Shown piece by piece: positions 28,481 to 43,600 of a DNA stretch of 64,000 nucleotides. The stretch spans positions 1 to 64,000 of the forward strand of contig CAUYUJ010000332.1 in the NCBI GenBank assembly GCA_963575745.1, written 5' to 3'. Each line of letters begins with the position of its first letter. The stretch's first letter is position 1. Position numbers and translations under genes: made by a program. The notes under the pieces are model-generated. The model was not told the DNA's origin, did not search any database, and saw only the letters and a program-made list of their open reading frames with translations. Origin of the DNA: Prorocentrum cordatum. Lineage: Eukaryota.

Positions 28481-28850
28481 CTAAATCAAGCGTCAAAGCG
28501 TCGATCCAAAAACCAATCTGCTGGAAAAAGCGTCGAAGAATAGAGCGTCAGTCCGGATCGCTCGCTTGTTCAAAAACGAACGGCGACCTACCCGCTGCGT
28601 CACACTGTGATCCGCTACTTCTGTCGATACTTTCGTTCTTGGAAAATCTGGCACGTCAGACAAATAAGATAGAGGAGACAAGGGCCGCGAATGGGTGCTC
28701 GAATGAAGCCCCCGCTGCTGACACCAATTTTTCGATGGAAAGCTCTCTCGAGAAAGAGAGAACACGGGAGATAATAGATTCATTCTCTCCATGACAAGGA
28801 CGACGATAGCAATAACAAATTAAAATATGCCCTGATTCTGTGCGCATTGA
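27049..28850 (-). pseudogene. LINE RT fragment (duplicate) plus endonuclease remnant
   Basis: ADDMNA, FKFLGIVFDARL, LYKAQVLSLIEYRT; CYRRP endonuclease-like motif near 28800. Confidence 0.8.
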
Positions 28851-29097
28851 AACCCAAATATGGTCTGCAAGAAAAATCGGAGCAGGAGAGAATAGAAATC
28901 AAAACCAAATCCCGCAAGACTGTCCTGGTCCCGACAAGCCAAAAAAAAAACAAAAAATACTACCAACTCGTCTACGCACGTCTCCGTCAGACGGACAACG
29001 AGGAAAAAGAAAAATACAGGGAAAGCAAATTAACTCGAACTGAACGCTTCCGGCCCGCTGGCCGGAAGCGCCGAAACAAACAAACAAAAAAACAACA

Positions 29098-29197
<100 letters not shown>

Positions 29198-29501
29198 GCG
29201 CTAAACTCGCATGTCTACTGGCTGGAAGGGTCAAAACAAATAAACTTCGCAAAATATTAACTCCGCTGCTCTGCCGGGTCCGCTGGCGAGCTGCACTATC
29301 GGATCCGCTGGCTGAACACGCCGGAATAAGCGTCAATGGTGCGTGTAATTCAGTGTCCGTGACGCATGCCCGCATTGTGGCTCAAGCTCAAGCTACCAAA
29401 GCAAACTGTTCCAGGCAGTCTATCTTCGCGTGTCGCCGGGGCGGTCTACCGCCACAGTTTTTCACACTTCATTGTGCTGCCTTTCTTTCTCGCTTACCAG
29501 T

Positions 29502-30480
29502 ATGTCCAGCATGGCCGGCGTTCCGGGCGCCCAGAAAACCGCTTTCGACAAGGCAACTGACAAGGACACGCTTGCTCGGCTCTCCGCACGACGCAATGCT
29601 GTGCAAGCTGCGCTTTCACCAGAGACCCGTCGCAAAGCAGAGGCAGCAACGGTGATGGACACCGCGGAGGGCGCGAACAGCGGCCACTTTGCACCTGCTC
29701 CGCCCCAGGTGCTCGCCCGGGCGCGGGCTCAGCCCCCCCGGCGCCTGCTGCGCACACGGCGGTGCCCATGTCAGATTCGCAGAAATTGGATTGCATATTG
29801 CAGGGCATGGCTTCTTTGGCAACCAGAACCGAAGTCACAGAAATGATCAAGACAACGGAAGCCACCTTGCGCAGCGAGATGAAGATTTCTGTCTCCCAGG
29901 CCGTCGACCCCCTGAAGAATGAGATGGCCGACTTCCGGGATCGTCTATCGGTGGTTGAAGGTGGTCCTCCCAGCACGATTTCCAAGCAGCAGATTTCGCT
30001 GATGAGCTCCATGGACATCGCCAATTTCCAGGTTGCAGTGATCGGTTTCCAAACAGAGACTTTCTCCGATCGCGTCCGGACATTCAGAACACAATTGGCC
30101 AAGTGGGCACTGCTCAGCCTGTTCACATTGGTCATTTTTATAAAGGTCCCAGGAATGCACGCGTTCTGTCGGCAGCATCCTATGCGCAATTCGCTTCTGA
30201 GCACGAGGCGCGGTCATTTTTGTCCTCTGCTGGAGGCAAAGGCAAATCTTTCACCTGGGGCCACGTTGGTCGTAAAACCGGCCACAAGCAGAGTGAATGT
30301 AATGCGCGATGGCTCTTTGAAAGCAGCGGCAAGCAAATTGCAGTCAGTTGCGCCTGGAGAAAATGTGAAAATCGATCATAAAGAGTGCACCTTTCTGTAG
30401 ATGGAACGCCTGGCTTTTTACAGGAAGCTGGAGATTTGTCAGGGCGATTCCTTGCACCTTACACCAATCTGACTATTTAG
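29502..30480 (+). pseudogene. LINE ORF1p-like protein (coiled coil plus RRM-like), frameshifted
   Basis: Heptad-like VDPLKNEMADFRDRLSVVE, then VAVIGF...ASYAQFASEHEARSFL...LVVKPA; lies upstream of the endonuclease. Confidence 0.65.
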
Positions 30481-33400
30481 AATGCACGGAGTCGCGCGCA
30501 ATTTTGTTCACAGTTTTTTTCTTCTCCAAATTCTTTTGTTACGTCTGCTGCCCCTCACCCTGTGAGTAGCGCGCGGCTCCCTCAACGTCGATTCCGACGG
30601 CGAAGCCCTCGATCTGATTCCTCATTCCAGAGACGTCTGACCAAACAGCATTCGCGAATCAAACCTGGTTCTGCAATCGAATCGTCGAGACCATGTTTCG
30701 CGTCTCCGATTCCATTGCCTTTGGAGCCTAATACAGCCTTTGCGTTGGACTCGACCGGAGAATCCGGATTTTCGAGCCGCCTTACCCGGCCGACCTCCGG
30801 AAGAAAATTTTCGAGCCGCCTTACCCCGCCAACCTCCAGAGCCGAAATTTCGAGCCGCCTTACCCGATCGTCCTCCGGAGCAGAATTATCGACCCGCCTT
30901 ACCCGGCCGTCGTCCGGAGCAGAATTTTCGAGCCGCCTTACCCCGCCGGTTTCGGGAACGATTTCTCGAGTCGCCTTACCCAGCCATCTTCCGGAGCAAA
31001 ATTTTCGAGCCGCCTTACCGGCTGGTTGCGGGAGCAAATTTTTCGAGCCGCCTCACCCGGCCGTTTGAAGACTTTGCCGGGTCCTCTGAAAAAAAAGTTT
31101 CGAGCCTTAGCTCTCGTTCTCAGCGCCAGTTCAGTTTGCACGAGCGTTTACTGGAGCCTCTTCTGATGCACAGCCTCCACCGGGGAGGGGGCCTTGGCGA
31201 ATCCAGGTCTCACCCTCCTCAATTCAGTGCGGATTTCATCATATCAGTATTCAAGGTTTTTCTCGCCCCGGTCTGAACTGGAAGCCCGTATCTCTCTCCT
31301 TTCTGAACTGGAAACCCGGTTTGACCGGGCTTCAGTCCCGAGTTTGCACGGATATACGTGTGTCTGTCAGCGAGATCGGAACAACAGCGGGATGGAGTTG
31401 CCATTTTCGCGCTTAGTATTGCAAATACCAAGGCTCCGGCCATTTGCCTGCGCGAATCATAAACCTAATGAAAATAGCAAGCGGCAGAGCGAGAGAGGCA
31501 GAACAGGCGGCAGGAATGCGAACATGAATCTCGTCAGGCCCTGTAGCGGAATCCCGTTTGAGCTGTGTAAGCACGTCAAAGTCTTGTCTCACCCGGACGG
31601 GGAAAAACCATTTTGCTCGACTGGGAGGCGCTGAGGAATGTTCGAAAAACGATTCCTCTTCACAGTTTGGATGGTCAAGCGAAGAAAACGAATTTGCGGA
31701 AAAAAATCCTTTTTGTCAGTTCTGACGACCCACGAGCCATTGGCACGACGTAGAGCAGGCGAAGACGACTTGACGGTCTTGCCGAACAGCTGGTTTGAAA
31801 GCCTCCACCAAGCTTTCGAACCACGCTGCAAAGAACGAAGCTTCAAACGAATTCTGTTACAATACGAATTAAAGAATCTAAAAGAATGTTGTTGCAATTT
31901 TGAGTTGCAAGCGGAAACTCTGGAGAATTTTCAGCCGCGGGTTTACGAGCGACAGTGTCGAAACATTCCTGCGTCAGCCAAGGATGGCTCCACTGGACCA
32001 GCACAGAGACTTTGCGAACGTGACGCTCCGCAGCATTCAAAATATTTTCCGTGAAATTGTGCTCCAAACTCCGGGCCCCCCTTAAGGCAAGTCCAATTTT
32101 TACAATGGCACTTCAAATTCGAAACATTTAATTGCCAACACATTTCGCGCACAAGGAAACGGACAAAGGGGGAAAGAGGAGAGACAAAGAGACAACCCAG
32201 TGATCAGCAATTCTTGGTAGGACGGACACTTCGGCGAACACGTGCAAATCTGTCAAAATTAAATCAATAAATATTGCTCTCTAGTAGGTTCGCGAAAGAT
32301 TTATTCAAGACTATGAAAAGCACACAATCCTGCAGCTTCGATCCCCTCTGGAGTCTGTCTGTTAGAATGTCGAAACCAAATGGGATTGTGAACGTTAAAT
32401 CGCCAATCAAAAATACGCCTATGGCTAAAGATAGGTGCGTTTCCATCTCTGCAAACCTTTTTTGCATGGGCAGTACTTCGACGTAGAGGGGAGGACGGTA
32501 AAATAGCTAAACAAAACAGGCCCGCAATCGGAGTAAAATACACACCAACAGCTCGACAGAAACATAATTAGCGAGGGGGGAAACGAGCGAAGATGCGATT
32601 TCATACTTCTTGCTAACATGGCTTGGGCTTCTCGCAAAGAGAGCGCGGATCTGTTTGTACTGTTCCGACGGCCTCTTGCGAAGCTACGCGCTTGGGTATC
32701 GCCCCGGCTCTCCTCGCAGTCTTTTCTACCTGGCTGGAGGCCGGAAAGGCCCGCATTACATTTTGCGGTGCCTTCTTGTGTATCATTTGCATGACCAACA
32801 TGGTGTTTCAAGGGACCGTTTGGGCCCGTCTTTTCGGAACATCTTTTTCGGTGATGCCAGCGTAACAATTGCCAAATTACACTTTGAAAAATGTTTATGC
32901 CGACTTTAAAATTCTCGGTCTATCTGTTGATTGCAACCTTGTCATGTCAGATGCGGTATCTGACTGTGTGGTTCGCGACTTCAGGCCTTGCTTCGCTCGC
33001 GGCGAAACCAGACTGTCGCCGAACATGTTGTATTTTTATAAAGCGCACATTCTTTCGTTCATAGAATACCGCACGCCAGCCTTCTCACACGCTTTGAATT
33101 CTGTACTGTTGCCGCTTGACCGTGTCCAGACTGGTTCTTTTCGAACCCTGGCCTGGGCACAACTGAAAGCGAGGCTCTGCGCAATTTTTATATTGCCCCT
33201 TTCTGCCCGCAAGTATATAGCGAACTTGGGCCTTATTCACGCACTGTACTCGGTGTCAGCCCTCCCTTCACTCCAAATTGCTTTGTACTGGTTCTTCCGT
33301 AAGGTCGTCTTGGCCACAGCTTTTCAATGGCGTCTGATGGCTTCGAACAGCCCTCGTAAATATTTTTCTTCACAACCCGCTGAATGAACTGATTCCTCTC

Positions 33401-35073
33401 CTTTTTCTTCGTTCACCTCTATCTCTTCCCCTGCGCCCTCTCGTGCCGTTCTGGTCCTCTTTCTCTCCCCCTGCTCTGTGCAGAGGTCGAAGAAAAAGAA
33501 AAAAATGAAACGAGAACAAAAAACACCAATATAAATTGAAAACAATAAACATAAAGATCATTGAAACCGCTTTACTTTGCAATAAAAACGAGCAAAAAAA
33601 CGCTGCAAAACAAAATAAATAAACAACTTTAAACACAAAAACGGCGTGTATGAATTCTACATTGTACTTAAAAATATGACAACAAAAATTGCTTGGTCAA
33701 TAACAAAAAAAAACATAGGAAATAACGACCATTATTCTAAACACTACATACAAAAACCATGGAAAAAAAAAACAACAAACACATCTGCAACGAAAATTGT
33801 AATTTAAACCAACTAATCACAAAAACAAAAAAAAATCACGATACAAAAAAAAACATATAATTTCGATTATAATACATCTTAACACTGTAGACCTTAAAAT
33901 GATGTCGAATGAGAAATTCTGTCTACAAAAAACAAAAAATATTATCTGGTGAATTTACTCAAGATTGATTTTTTAACTTAACTAATTTCACATTGAATAT
34001 AATGTGATCACGTTGGAATTCATGCTTGTCGCAAACATGCATGGCTCCTTCAATAAGTGTATGAAACTCGCACTCAATTCGAATTAGAATGTAACATTCA
34101 CTCATGAAGCAATGAATTTGCCGAACGTACTATAATTAGAATACTTTCGACTTTCGGCTTAAACCATTGCAATATTGATCGCAAAAAAATAAATTTGTGT
34201 GTCGAATTTGCGATCGAATTATTTCTACATCTTTCGTGTTTCAGACCATTAATGACAAATCTGCACACACATTGTGTGTGTGAATATAAACACACACACA
34301 CACACATGTATATATGTATATGTATATATATGGATGTATATATATATATATACATACATATAGATATATATATATATATATATCATTCGAGTTAATTATC
34401 TGAGTTGTTTGGCATTGATGATTAAGTCACGTTTGTTGATGTAGCGTTGAATTATTCCCAGATGCATGTCCACACTTTAAATTTAAATTGTATATAAATT
34501 ATTATATTTCCGGTTTAAATGTGTATATATGTTTGATTTATATTATTTCTGAAATCAATATTGCCAAGGTGTCGGTGTATAACAACAATTTCATGCTCGC
34601 GTTCGAAGCAATTCGAAGGTAATTCTATAATTCTGATTGAGAACATATTGGACAAGTATTTTAGAATGTCTAGGTCGTTTGACATTTTGATGAAATCAGA
34701 TAGCAACATGAGATAAACGAAGTTACGATTTTAGCTTCTAGAGTATGATTAATCGAGAATATAGTTGAAATTGTTTTGCTATTTTGTTTGATTTTTCTGT
34801 TTGTACGACGAATAGACGCACACAAATTATATATTAACAATTGTCATTCTTATACGTTGTGTTATGTTTCCGATGTTTTTGTTGTATATGTGTATGTGTA
34901 CAGATGTAAATATATATGTATATGTATGTGTATATATATATATACATATACATATACACACAGACATACACACACACATATATATATATAGACGACGACC
35001 ACAGCGATGATCCTAACAACGACGACGCACCCGACGACGACGACGATATCGACCGCGACGACGACGACGACCA

Positions 35074-35105
<32 letters not shown>

Positions 35106-38100
35106 TCGACGACGAGCAACCGCACGACGCAATGCTGTGCAAGCTGCGCTTGAGACCCGTCGCAAAGCAGAGGCAGCAACGGTGATGGACACCGCGGAGG
35201 GCGCGAACAGCGGCCACTTTGCACCTGCTCCGCCCCAGGTGCTCGCCCGGGCGCGGGCTCAGCCCCCCCGGCGTCTGCTGCGCACACGGCGGTGCCCATG
35301 TCAGATTCGCAGAAATTGGATTGCATCTTGCAGGGCATGGCTTCTTTGGCAACCAGAACCGAAGTCACAGAAATGATCAAGACAACGGAAGCCACCTTGC
35401 GCAGCGAGATGAAGATTTCTGTCTCCCAGGCCTTCGACCCCCTGAAGAATGAGATGGCCGACTTCCGGGATCGTCTATCGGTGGTTGAAGGTGGTCCTTC
35501 CAGCACGATTTCCAAGCAGCAGATTTCGCTGATGAGCTCCATGGACATCGCCAATTTCCAGGTTGCAGCGATCGGTTCCCAAGCAGAGACTTTCTCCGAC
35601 CGCGTCCGGACATTCAGAACATAATTGGCCAAGTGGGCACTGCTCAGCCTGTTCACATTGGTCATTTTATAAAGGTCCCAGGAATGCACGCGTTCTGTCG
35701 GCAGCATCCTATGCGCAATTCGCTTCTGAGCACGAGGCGCGGTCATTTTTGCCCTCTGCTGGAGGCAAGGGCAAATCTTTCACCTGGGGCCACGTTGGTC
35801 GTAAAACCGGCCAAAAGCAGAGTGAATGTAATGCGCGATGGCTCTTTGAAAGCAGCGGCAAGCAAATTGCAGTCAGTTGCGCCTGGAAAAAATGTGAAAA
35901 TCGATCATAAAGAGTGCACCTTTCTGTAGATGGAACGCCTGGCTTTTTACAGGAAGCTGGAGATTTGCCAGGGCGATTCCTTGCACCTTACACCAATCTG
36001 ACTATTTAGAATGCACGGAGTCGCGCGCAATTTTGTTCAGATTTTTTTCTTCTCCAAATTCTTTTGTTACTTCTGCTGCCCCTCACCCTGTGAGTAGCGC
36101 GCGGCTCCCTCAACGTCGATTCCGACGGCGAAGCCCTCGATCTGATTCCTCATTCCAGAGACGTCTGACCAAACAGCATTCGCGAATCAAACCTGGTTCT
36201 GCAATCGAATCGTCGAGACCATGTTTCGCGTCTCCGATTCCATTGCCTTTGGAGCCTAATACAGCCTTTGCGTTGGACTCGACCGGAGAATCCGGATTTT
36301 CGAGCCGCCTTACCCGGCCGACCTCCGGAAGAGAATTTTCGAGCCGCCTTGCCCCGCCAACCTCCAGAGCCGAAATTTCGAGCCGCCTTACCCGATCGTC
36401 CTCCGGAGCAGAATTATCGACCCGCCTTACCCGGCCGTCGTCCGGAGCAGAATTTTCGAGCCGCCTTACCCCGCCGGTTTCGGGAACGATTTCTCGAGTC
36501 GCCTTACCCAGCCATCTTCCGGAGCAAAATTTTCGAGCCGCCTTACCGGCTGGCTGCGGGAGCAAATTTTTCGAGCCGCCTTACCCGGCCGTTTGAAGAC
36601 TTTGCCAGGTCCTCTGAAAAAAGAGTTTCGAGCCTTAGCTCTCGTTCTCAGCGCCAGTTCAGTTTGCACGAGTGTTTACTGGAGCCTCTTCTGATGCACA
36701 GCCTCCACCGGGGAGGGGGCCTTGGCGAATCCAGGTCTCACCCTCCTCAATTCAGTGCGGATTTCATCATATCAGTATTCAAGGTTTTTCTCGCCCCGGT
36801 CTGAACTGGAAGCCCGTATCTCTCTCCTTTCTGAACTGGAAACCCGGTTTGACCGGGCTTCAGTCCCGAGTTTGCACGGATATACGTGTGTCTGTCAGCG
36901 AGATCGGAACAACAGCGGGATGGAGTTGCCATTTTCGCGCTTAGTATTGCAAATACCAAGGCTCCGGCCATTTGCCTGTGCGAATCATAAACCTAATGAA
37001 AATAGCAAGCGGCAGAGCGAGAGAGGCAGAACAGGCGGCAGGAATGCGAACATGAATCTCGTCAGGCCCTGTAGCGGAATCCCGTTTGAGCTGTGTAAGC
37101 ACGTCAAAGTCTTGTCTCACCCGGACGGGGAAAAAACCATTTTGCTCGACTGGGAGGCGCTGAGGAATGTTCGAAAAACGATTCCTCTTCACAGTTTAGA
37201 TGGTCAAGCGAAGAAAACGAATTTGCGGAAAAAATTGCCTTTTTGTCAGTTCTGACGACCCACGAGCCATTGGCACGGCGTAGAGCAGACGAAGACGACT
37301 TGACGGTCTTGCCGAACAGCTGGTTTGAAAGCCCCCACCAAGCTTTCGAACCACGCTGCAAAGAACGAAGCTTCAAACGAATTCTGTTACAATACGAATT
37401 AAAGAATCTAAAAGAATTTTGTTGCAATTTTGAGTTGCAAGCGGTAACTCTGGAGAATTTTCAGCCGCGGGTTTACGAGCGACAGTGTCGAAACATTCCT
37501 GCGTCAGCCAAGGATGGCTCCACTGGACCAGCACAGAGACTTCGCGAACGTGACGCTCCGCAGCATTCAAAATATTGTCCGTGAAATTGTGCTCCAAAAT
37601 CCGGGCCCCCCTTAAGGCAAGTCCAATTTTTACAATAGCACTTCAAATTCGAAACATTGAATTGCCAACACATTTCGTGCACAAGGAAACGGACAAAGGG
37701 GGAAAGAGGAGAGACAAAGAGACAATCCAGTGATCAGCAATTCTTGGTAGGACGGACACTTCGGCGAACTCGTGCAAATCTGTCAAAATAAAATCAATAA
37801 ATATTGCTCTCTAGTAGGTTCGCGAAAGATTTGTTCAAGACTATGCTAAGCACACAATCCTGCGGCTTCGATCCCCTCTGGAGTCTGTCCGTTAGAATGT
37901 CGAAACCAAATGGGATTGTGAACGTTAAATCGCCAATCAAAAATACGCCTATGGCTAAAGATAGGTGCGTTTCCATCTCTGCAAACCTTTTTTGCATGGG
38001 CAGTACTTCGACGTAGAGGGGAGGACGGTAAAATTGCTAAACAAAACAGGCCCGCAATCGGAGTAAAATACACACCAACAACTCGACAGAAACATAATTA

Positions 38101-40572
38101 GCGAGGGGGGAAACGAGCGAACATGCGATTTCATATTTCTTGCTAACATGGCTTGGGCTTCTCGCAAAGAGAGCGCGGATCTGTTTGTACTGTTCCGACG
38201 GCCTCTTGCGAAGCTACGCGCTTGGGCATCGCCCCGGCTCTCCTCGCAGTCTTTTCTACCTGGCTGGAGGCCGGAAAGGCCCGCATTACATTTTGCGGCG
38301 CCTTCTCGTGTATCATTTGCATGACCAACATGGTGTTTCAAGGGACCGTTTGGGCCCGTCTTTTCGGAACATCTTTTTCGGTGATGCCAGCGTAACACTT
38401 GCCAAATTACACTTTGAAAAATGTTTATGCCGACTTTAAAATTCTCGGTGTATCTGTTGATTGCAACCTTGTCATGTCAGATGCGGTATCTGACTGTGTG
38501 GTTCGCGACTTCAGACCTTGCTTCGCTCGCGGCGAAACCAGACTGTCGCCGAACTTGTTGTCTTTTTATAAAGCGCACATTCTTTCGTTCATAGAATACC
38601 GCGCGCCAGCCTTCTCACACGCTTTGAATTCTGCACTGTTGCCGCTTGACCGTGTCCAGACTGGTTCTTTTCGAACCCTGGCCTGGGCATAACTGAAAGC
38701 GAGGCTCTGCGCAATTTTTATCTTGCCCCTTTCTGCCCGCAAGTATATAGCGAACTTGGGCCTTATTCACGCACTGTACTCGGTGTCAGCCCTCCCCTCA
38801 CTCCAAATTGCTTTGTACTGGTTCTTCCGCAAGGTCGTCTTGGCCACAGCTTTTCAATGGCGTCTGATGGCTTCGAACAACCTTCGTAAATATTTTTCTT
38901 CACAACCCGCTGAATGAACTGATTCCTCTCCTTTTTCTTCGTTCACCTCTATCTCTTCCCCTGCGCCCTCTCGTGCCGTTCTGGTCCTCTTTCTCTCTCC
39001 CTGCTTTGTGCAGAGGTCGGAAAAAAGAAAACAAACCTGAAACGAGAACAAAAAAACACCAGTATAAATTGAAAATAATAAACATAAAGATCATCGAAAC
39101 CGCTTTACTTTGCAATAAAAACGAGCAAAAAAAACGCTGCAAAACAAAATAAATAAACAACTTTAAACACAAAAACGGACATAACACTTCGACGTGCCGT
39201 GTATGAATTCTACATTGTATTTAAAATATGACAACACAAATTGCTTCGTCAATAACAAAAAAAACATAGGGAAAAACGACCATTGTTCTAAACACTACAT
39301 ACAAAAACCCATGGAAAAAAAAACAACAAACACATCTGCAATGAAAATTGTAATTTAAACACACAAAAAAAACAAAAAACAAAAAAAAACTCACGATACA
39401 AAAAAAACATATAATTTCGATTATAATACATCTCAACACTGTAGACCTTAAAATGATGTCAAATGGAAAATTCTGTCTACAAAAAAAATCTGGGGAATTT
39501 ACTCAACATTGCTTTATAAACTTAACTAATTTCACATCGAATATAATGTGATCACGTTGGAATTCATGCTTGTCGCAAACATGCATGGTTCCTTCAGTAG
39601 ATGTATGAAATTCGCACTCAATTCGAATTAGAATGTAACATTCACTCATGAAGCAATGAATTTGCCGAACGTACTATAATTAGAATACTTTCGACTTTCG
39701 GCTTAAATCATTGCAATATTGATCGCAAAAAAAAAAAATGTGTGTCTAATTTGCGATCGAATTATTTCTACATCTTTCGTGTTTCAGACCATTAATGACA
39801 AATATGCACACACACATTGTGTGTGAATATGAAAACACACACATGTATATATGTATGGATGTATATATATATATATACATATATATATACCATTCGATTT
39901 AATTCTCTGAGTTGTTTGGCATTGATGATTAAGTCACGTTTTTTGATGGAGCGTTGAATTATTCCCATATGCATGTCCACACTTTAAAATTAAATTGTAT
40001 ATAATTTATTATACTTACGGTTTAAATGTGTATATATGTTGATTTATATTATTTCTGAAATCAATATTGCCAAGGTGTCGGTGTATAGCAACAATTTCAT
40101 GCTCGCGTTCGAAGCAATTCGAAGGTAATTCTATAATTCTGATTGAGAACATATTGGACAAGTATTCTAGAATGTCTAGGTCGTTTGATTTTTTGATGAA
40201 ATCAGATAGCAACATGAGATAAACGAAGTTACGATTTTAGCTTCTAGCATATGATTAATCGAGAATATAGTTGAAATTGTTTTGCTATTTTGTTTGTTTT
40301 TCTGTTTGTACGACGAATAGACGCACACAAATTATATATTAACAATTGTCATTATTATACGTTGCGTTATGTTTCCGATGTTTTTGTTGTATATGTGTAT
40401 GTGTATAGATGTATATATATATATGTATATGTATGTGTATATATATACATATACATATACACACAGACATACACACATATATATATATAGACGACGACCA
40501 CAGCGATGATCCTAACAACGACGACGCACCCGACGACGACGACGATATCGACCGCGACGACGACGACGACCA

Positions 40573-40604
<32 letters not shown>

Positions 40605-43600
40605 TCGACGACGAGCAACCGCACGACGCAATGCTGTGCAAGCTGCGCTTTCACCAGAGACCCGTCGCAAAGCAGAGGCAGCAACGGCGATGGACACCGC
40701 GGAGGGCGCGAACAGCGGCCACTTTGCACCTGCTCCGCCCCAGGTGCTCGCCCGGGCGCGGGCTCAGCCCCCCCGGCGCCTGCTGCGCACACGGCGGTGC
40801 CCATGTCAGATTCGCAGAAATTGGATTGCATCTTGCAGGGCATGGCTTCTTTGGCAACCAGAACCGAAGTCACAGAAATGATCAAGACAACGGAAGCCAC
40901 CTTACGCAGCGAGATGAAGATTTCTGTCTCCCAGGCCGTCGACCCCCTGAAGAATGAGATGGCCGACTTCCGGGATCGTCTATCGGCGGTTGAAGGTGGT
41001 CCTTCCAGCACGATTTCGAAGCAGCAGATTTCGCTGATGAGCTCCATGGACATCGCCAATTTCCAGGTTGCAGCGATCGGTTTCCAAACAGAGACTTTCT
41101 CCGACCGCGTCCGGACATTCAGAACATAATTGGCCAAGTGGGCACTGCTCAGCCTGTTCACATTGGTCATTTTATAAAGGTCCCAGGAATGCACGCGTTC
41201 TGTCGGCAGCATCCTATGCGCAATTCGCTTCTGAGCACGAGGCGCGGTCATTTTTGTCCTCTGCTGGAGGCAAGGGCAAATCTTTCACCTGGGGCCACGT
41301 TGGTCGTAAAACCGGCCAAAAGCAGAGCGAATGTAATGCGCGATGGCTCTTTGAAAGCAGCGGCAAGCAAATTGCAGTCAGTTGCGCCTGGAAAAAATGT
41401 GAAAATCGATCATAAAGAGTGCACCTTTCTGTAGATGGAACGCCTGGCTTTTTACAGGAAGCTGGAGATTTGTCAGGGCGATTCCTTGCACCTTACACAA
41501 ATCTGACTATTTAGAATGCACGGAGTCGCGCGCAATTTTGTTCGCAGTTTTTTCCTTCTCCAAATTATGTTGTTACTTCTGCTGCCCCTCACCCTGTGAG
41601 TAGCGCGCGGCCCCCTCAACGTCGATTCCGACGGCGAAGCCCTCGATCTGATTCCTCATTCCAGAGACGTCTGACCAAACAGCATTCGCGAATCAAACCT
41701 GGTTCTGCAATCGAATCGTCGAGACCATGTTTCGCGTCTCCGATTCCATTGCCTTTGGAGCCTAATACAGCCCTTGCGTTGGACTCGACCGGAGAATCCG
41801 GATTTTCGAGCCGCCTTACCCGGCCGACCTCCGGAAAAGAATTTTCGAGCCGCCTTACCCCGCCAACCTCCAGAGCCGAAATTTCGAGCCGCCTTACCCG
41901 ATCGTCCTCCGGAGCACAATTATCGACCCGCCTTACCCGGCCGTCGTCCGGAGCAGAATTTTCGAGCCGCCTTGCCCCGCCGGTTTCGGGAACGATTTCT
42001 CGAGTCGCCTTACCCAGCCATCTCCCGGAGCAAAATTTTCGAGCCGCCTTACCGGCTGGTTGCGGGAGCAAATTTTTCGAGCCACCTTACCCGGCCGTTT
42101 GAAGACTTTGCCGGGTCCTCTGAAAAAAGAGTTTCGAACCTTAGCTCTCGTTCTCAGCGCCAGTTCAGTTTGCACGAGTGTTTACTGGAGCCTCTTCTGA
42201 TGCACAGCCTCCACCGGGGAGGGGGTCTTGGCGAATCCAGGTCTCACCCTCCTCAATTCAGTGCGGATTTCATCATATCAAAATTCAAGGTTTTTCTCGC
42301 CCCGGTCTGAACTGGAAGCCCGTATCTCTCTCCTTTCTGAACTGGAAACCCGGTTTGACCGGGCTTCAGTCCCGAGTTTGCACGGATATACGTGTGTCTG
42401 TCAACGAGATCGGAACAACAGCGGGATGGAGTTGCCATTTTCGCGCTTAGTATTGCAAATGCCAAGGCTCTGGCCATTTTCCTGTGCGAATCATAAACCT
42501 AATGAGAATAACAAGCGGCAGAGCGAGAGAGGCAAAACAGGCGGCAGGAATGCGAACATGAATCTTGTCAAGCCCTGTAGCGGAATCCCGTTTGAGCTGT
42601 GTAAGCACGTCAAAGTCTTGTCTCACCCGGACGGGGAAAAAACCATTTTGCTCGACTGGGAGGCGCTGAGGAATGTTCGAAAAACGATTCCTCTTCACAG
42701 TTTGGATGGATGGTTAAGCAAAGAAAACGAATTTGCGGAGACACATTGCCTTTTTGTCAGTTCTGACGACCCACGAGCCATTGGCACGGCGTAGAGCAGG
42801 CAAAGACGACTTGACGGTCTTGTCGAAAAGCTGATGTGAAAGCCTCCACCAAGCTTTCGAACCACGCTGCAAAAAACGAAGCTTCAAACAAATTCTGTTA
42901 CAATACGAATTAAAAAATCTAAAAGAATGTTGTTGCAATTTTGAGTTGCAAGCGGAAACTCTGGAGAATTTTCAGCCGCGGAAACATTCCTGCGTCAGCC
43001 AAGGATGGCTCCACTGGACCAGCACAGAGACTTTGCGAACGTGACGCTCCGCAGCATTCAAAATATGTTCCGTGAAATTGCGCTGCAAAATCCGGGTCCC
43101 CCTCAAGGCAAATCCAATTTTTACAATAGCACTTCAAATTCGAAACATTAAATTGCCAACGCATTTCGCGCACAAGGAAACGGACAAATGGGGAAAGAGG
43201 AGAGACAAAGAGACAACCCAGTGATCAGCAATTCTTGGTAGGACGGACACTTCGGCGAACTCGTGCAAATCTGTCAAAATGAAATCAATAAAGATTGCTC
43301 TCTAGTAGGTTCGCGAAAGATTTGTTTCAAGACTATGATAAGCACACAATCCTGCAGCTGCGATCCCCTCTGGAGTCTGTCTGTTAGAATGTCGAAACCA
43401 AATGGGATTGTGAACGTTAAATCGCCAATCAAAAATACGCCTTTGGCTAAAGATAGGTGCGTTTCCATCTCTGCAAACCTTTTTGCATGGGCAATACTTC
43501 GACGTAGAGGGGAGGACGGTAAAATTGCTCTTTAAAAAAAGGCCCGCAATCGGAGTAAAATACACACCAACAACTCGACAGACACATAATTAGCGTTGGG

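Larger units (their letters stand above)
29373..33500 (+). mobile_element. Near full-length decayed LINE (ORF1, spacer repeats, ORF2) with an internal inversion at about 31418-32570
   Basis: ORF1-like region; EN start on +; EN end and RT start on -; RT and C-terminus on +; pyrimidine-rich 3' UTR, then an A-rich tail. Confidence 0.8.
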
